From assembly GCA_002269645.1 (NCBI GenBank), contig NIVC01002312.1, positions 120,963-184,962 of the forward strand: a stretch of 64,000 bases of DNA. Direction: 5' to 3'. Both the position numbers and the translations under genes were made by a program. A model generated the notes under the pieces. The model saw only the letters and a list, made by a program, of their open reading frames with translations, was not told the DNA's origin and searched no databases. Shown one piece after another: positions 59,701 to 64,000 of this stretch (within the stretch, counting starts at the first letter, position 1; the number at the start of each line of letters is the position of its first letter). This DNA is from Macrostomum lignano. Taxonomy: Eukaryota.

Positions 59701-61483
59701 TAGAGATCAACCAGGCAGCAAAGCACAAACAATGGGAGAGCACTGCCCTCCAAAAAGCGAAAGATTTGGCCCAAAAAATGACCGGTTCCAAAATCTCAGA
59801 AGAGGAGTTAAAACAATGCTTCGATATTCTGTGGGAGACAATAATAAGCGAGCTACCCACTGAGCAGCCGCATGACGCTGCTCCGATTGATGAGCAGATT
59901 GAGAGATTGCTACAAGACTTGTTCCACAAGGATGTCTCCATATTAAAAGCTCAGCTTCAGCAGACTCCACTTAGCCAGACAATGTCTGAAGACGATTTTG
60001 AGCTGTTTCTATCCGACTGCATCGAAGAAATTAGCTACACTAACGAAGCCGCCCCAACAGCTCGAAGCAAGGCTTTCACAGCAGGCGGTAAAGCGTTTAA
60101 ATCTGCCCAACTGCTGCTCCGTGACACTGCCAAGAAGGACTCTGGGTTCTACATTGCTGACGCCCGGAAGATTTTGGCTGAGGTCATAAGAGTTTTGCGA
60201 GATGAGCGAAGCAATCTGGCTAACGACGGCATCGGCCTTACAGCGGCCTTTGAGATCAAAGTGTCTATCGGAATCTGCAAACTTGCCATTCCCACGTTTG
60301 AAAAGATCAACGAAGCTTATCGAGCAAAGCTTAGTATTGCGGCGCGGCTTCAGACTCTGAAGGAGAAGATCTGGAATCTCTTCAAAAATATGGTAGCCAG
60401 CAAGGCTGGTGAAAAGATTTCGGCCGATTTCGTCCGGGATCATTTGGCTGGCCTTATCAAGGCGGCCGTCTTGGAGAGAATGGCTGACAAGCTGAAAGCT
60501 CATGTGCGTAACCAGATAGGAAAGCATAAATATTACCTTATAGTCATGATGCTGACAGAGTGGGCCGACAAGGATAATTTCCGATCGATCATATCTTACA
60601 TAGAAAACTCCAAAGTGGCCGCCCTTGAATGGCTCACTGCCTTCATCGATCGCTTTCTGTTCACTCGAAACGAAGCGCAGAGGACGGCCTTCTCAGAGAT
60701 CGTGGAAGCTGATGTCGCCGCATCAATCTTTAAAACAGCTCACGATTCATGCGATCAAGCATGCAAAGCAATGGCGGGGAGGTCTGGAGACGATTGCATG
60801 AAGGAGTGGAGCGAAGACTTCTGCCAGCGCATGTCCGAGAGCTGGCCGTGAAAGCCGAAGACTTTGCCGAGATATTCACGCAGCCGATTGGCGACTTCTC
60901 CGACTTCTCAGAGTGCCTGAAAGAAGGCCTGCGCGTCAACTCTCGTCAACTGACGGAGTGGCTGAGCACACTGGATGAAAGCTCAGTGCAATGGCCTGGC
61001 AAAAGTACTCTGTACTCTGCTGTGCTTGACAGCCTGTGGGGCTGCGATGCTCAGTGCCCGTTCTGCAATGAGCCGTGCTCCAATGCGTCCGCTGAACACC
61101 AAGAGTTCTCTCACAAATGCATCCAGCACAGACCCCAGTGTACTGCCGGAATGCGCAGAGTTGGATCGAACCAGGCAGTACCGGACACGTGTGGCTTCAG
61201 CATTAATGATCAAAGAATGAGATTTGGCTGCGTAAAATGTGAAAAGAATGGAGTGCATATGTTTACTTACCATCCATACAAAGAATACAAGAAGTTCTTT
61301 CCCTCGTGGGACATTGCTCCTGACGCATCAAACACTGGTTCGAAATTCTGGATGTGGTTTGTCTGGACTTTTAGAGAGAAATTAAAAGAACAGTACGATT
61401 ACAAAATTGACGAACTTCCTGGTGCTTGGGCCGCCGTCACCAAGGACGCCGCGCAGCAGAGCCTGAGAGAACTGCTGAATTAA
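56733..61483 (+). CDS. Very large inducible GTPase (GVIN1/VLIG, URGCP-related), single exon, ~1580 aa, one frameshift
   Basis: ORF 56733-60851 has NPLDVL...CKLAIPF, G1 GVQSSGKSTLLNTMFG, GRCTRG, DTEGL, HDNELATLVIGLGD; the reading continues by -1 shift near 60835-60845 into ORF 60749-61483 with the family C-terminal LWGCDAQCPFCNEPC...HRPQC and KFWMWFV motifs. Confidence 0.92.
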
Positions 61484-62569
61484 TTCATATTTTATTATTT
61501 ATCTCCAATATTGACTGACAATACAATGTGGGATTCGAGAACTGTTTCAGCCTAAAGTTGGTGGTAGAGCTATCAGAATTTTATGCCATCCAGGATAGGT
61601 GTTCCCAAATGAGCTTAGGAATAATAGACTCAACAGTTTGACACAGAGTTGATCTTTGTTTTGAATGGAGGAGTAGCACTCATCTATGGTGAAATTTTCA
61701 TGATCGTTCATGCGTGGTAACTGTCACGTTATTAAATTCATGTTTCAATGTAATCATGTTTTCAGCTGGACTAATCTACTATACCTACATGTACATTTAG
61801 TGTGCAGTTACATGTTTAACTCCGAATGCAGGGGCCGACATCATGAAGGAAGTTCTAGTTGACGAGTGATATTTCTCACGATTCTCACAGTTTAATGATG
61901 AATTTTATTGCATCACAGTTGTACTTTCTTTATGAAATCGGCCCCAGAAGTTTTCCAGCGTTTATTCGACTTCAATACTTTGCACTCTTTCTAACCTATA
62001 TTCCATATTATTTGGTCTGTAGCTACCTTTCCTTGTTAAGCTTACAGCTTAGTGACATTAGCATGCAAACCAAGTAACTTTTTGTTTCTAACTTTTACTA
62101 AATAACCGCATGCTGTTCATGTTTTTCTGTTTTACTGGATAATATTTTTCGAGAACTAATGCTCTGTGTAAAAACTTTCCAAAATTTTCTATTATCGAAA
62201 CTTTATAACCGATTGCTTTATGAGCTTTTAAAACTATTTTATTCAGACAAGACACAAAATCTTTTCTATTGTTAACAATAATCTCGCTCACTTTGCAAAT
62301 TGAAGTACTTTCTCTATCAACATACACCAATATGCTACTACAATGCGAGTAGCAAGTTTTGCTTGTCAATACATATTTTTCTTCACAGTCTTGGCTTTTC
62401 ATTGGCTGTCGGAGCAAAGAAACTTTATTGGACATGAATATTATCAAGTGGAATTTTACTGAAGTGTTCTGAAATGAAATAAATAGTTCTTCTTAAATTA
62501 TTGACACATACAGAATTATCAAGACTGAGACAGAACATCTAGATAAATCAAAAACACTAGGAAATAAAA

Positions 62570-62765
62570 GATAAAACACTAGGATATAACAAATAGAAAA
62601 CTAAGATAGTACAGATAGAACACTAAGATAGTACAGATAGAACACTAGGATAGAACAGACAGAACACAAGGATAGAACAGATAGAACACTAGGATAGAAC
62701 AGATAGAACACTAGGATAGAACAGATAGAACAATAGGATAGAACAGATAAAACAGATAGAACACA
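62570..62765. repeat. ~22-bp minisatellite (GATAGAACAGATAGAACACTAG)n
   Basis: Tandem units seen directly. Confidence 0.85.
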
Positions 62766-62769
62766 GCTC

Positions 62770-63246
62770 GATGCACGTTCGCTGCCGGCGGCCACCAAAA
62801 CTGACCGGCTGCTGTCGAATCGCCGACGCGCAGAAGCCTCGGCCGCCGCGGTCGCCGCCGTCGTCCGCCGCCTCTGCGCCTGCTGGTCCCTGGCCAGCGG
62901 CCTCACGGCAGCCGCAGCCGCCGCCGGCCTCCTCCTGCCGCAGTGGCTGCGCGGCACCCGCGGCCGGCGCGCCACCGAGCGACCTCGGGCTGTTCCGAGT
63001 CTGCGCCTATCCGCGCCTGGCCGCCGACGGCGTCTCAGTGTGCTTATGTCGACCGACTGCGGCACTACCGGCGCCTCACTGACCTACCTGTGGTGCCGTG
63101 GCGCGCCGCTTTCGCATTACTGGCCGGCGCCGCCTGCCTGCACCTGCTGCTGGCCTGCCTGCTGGCCATGTGCGCCGTCAGACCGCCGGCCGCGCCGTCA
63201 CTGGCGCTGCTGCCGCGCGCCTGCGCTATCGGACAGGCTGTCGGTG
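62770..63246 (+). CDS. LHFPL/LHFP tetraspan family exon (gene continues beyond the window; frameshifted as assembled)
   Basis: Stitching frames gives CWSLASGLTAAAAAAGLLLPQWLRG...SDLGLFRVCAYPRL...VLMSTDCGHYRRLTDLPVVPWRAAFALLAGAACLHLLLACLLAMC...CAIGQAVG G|GTGAGA, paralleling LHFP (WALLS..A...GFFMPYWL.G; GLFRRC.YP; ECGRY...IPS..W). Needs three frame changes (near 62955-62975, 63040, 63062); start codon uncertain. Confidence 0.72.
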
Positions 63247-63464
63247 GTGAGAGAGCCGACATGTATTGAAAATATACTTTCTACAGATAATGATGTTTAT
63301 GATACCGAGCTCTTTAATCTAATCAATTAAACTAGTCTCATTTATAGCGTCTGCTTTCTACTTTTATATTTTAAATTTTATTAATCATCTGAACGTCTTT
63401 TTTTAATGTATGCTTTTGTGCTCTGCTGTCTGCTTCGCCTTGCATGCTTCTATATTCCTTGCTA

Positions 63465-64000
63465 ACCCTGTCTGCTTCCATGCTAATCCTGACTGCTTCC
63501 ATGCTCCCTGTCTGCTTCCATGCTTTACCCTGTCTGCTTCAATGCTAAACCCTGTCTGCTTCCATGCTTAACCCTGTCTGCTTCCATGCTTAACCCTGTC
63601 TGCTTCCATGCTTAACCCTGTCTGCTTCCATGCTTAACCCTGTCTGCTTCCATGCTTTACCCTGTCTGCTTCCATGCTTAACCCTGTCTCTGCTTCCATG
63701 CTTTACCCTGTCTGCTTCCATGCTTGCCCTGTCTGCTTCCATGCTTAACCCTGTCTGCTTCCATGCTTAACCTTGTCTGCTTCCATGCTTAACCCTGTCT
63801 GCTTCCATGCTTAACCTTGTCTGCTTCCATGCTTTACCCTGTCTGCTTCCATGCTTGGCCCTGTCTGTCCATATTTTACCCTGTCTGCTTCCATGCTTTA
63901 CCCTGTCTGCTTCCATGCTTAACCTGTCTGCTTCCATGCTTTCCCGTCTGCTTCCATGCTTAACCCTGTCTGCTTCCATGCTTAACCCTGTCTGCTTCCA
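63465..64000. repeat. 22-bp minisatellite (CCCTGTCTGCTTCCATGCTTAA)n
   Basis: Tandem units running off the window end, in the presumed LHFPL intron. Confidence 0.94.

Overview
Eukaryotic (animal) genomic DNA with spliced genes, GC-rich coding exons and introns packed with mini/microsatellites. The style (GC-rich codons, polyQ/polyA runs, repeat-filled introns) suggests a free-living flatworm such as Macrostomum; this is inference, not a database match. Genes reconstructed by hand: a 7-cadherin-repeat non-clustered protocadherin (6293-16167,+), TNFAIP8/TIPE (22686-25140,-, two candidate first exons), an intronless KChIP-like EF-hand gene (28952-29635,+), a stand-alone MATH-domain ORF (30526-30999,-), RPS19 (40552-42311,+), an 8-exon C2-PDZ-PH protein of RGS3/PsGEF type lacking a catalytic domain (45811-53697,+), tRNA-Ala(AGC) antisense in its last intron, an intronless very large inducible GTPase (GVIN/VLIG, 56733-61483,+) and an exon of an LHFPL tetraspan gene (~62770-63246,+). 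Mobile DNA: a complete tRNA-SINE with 12-bp TSD, a CORE-type SINE, two non-LTR RT relics and a MITE-like element. Several frameshifts in otherwise intact genes look like long-read homopolymer errors. Most notable unexplained signals: a 1.6-kb block with no CpG, a shared ATCCCACAC core in intronic minisatellites of two genes, in-frame AG acceptors just upstream of four start codons (possible spliced-leader sites), and enrichment of the palindrome TACATGTA.
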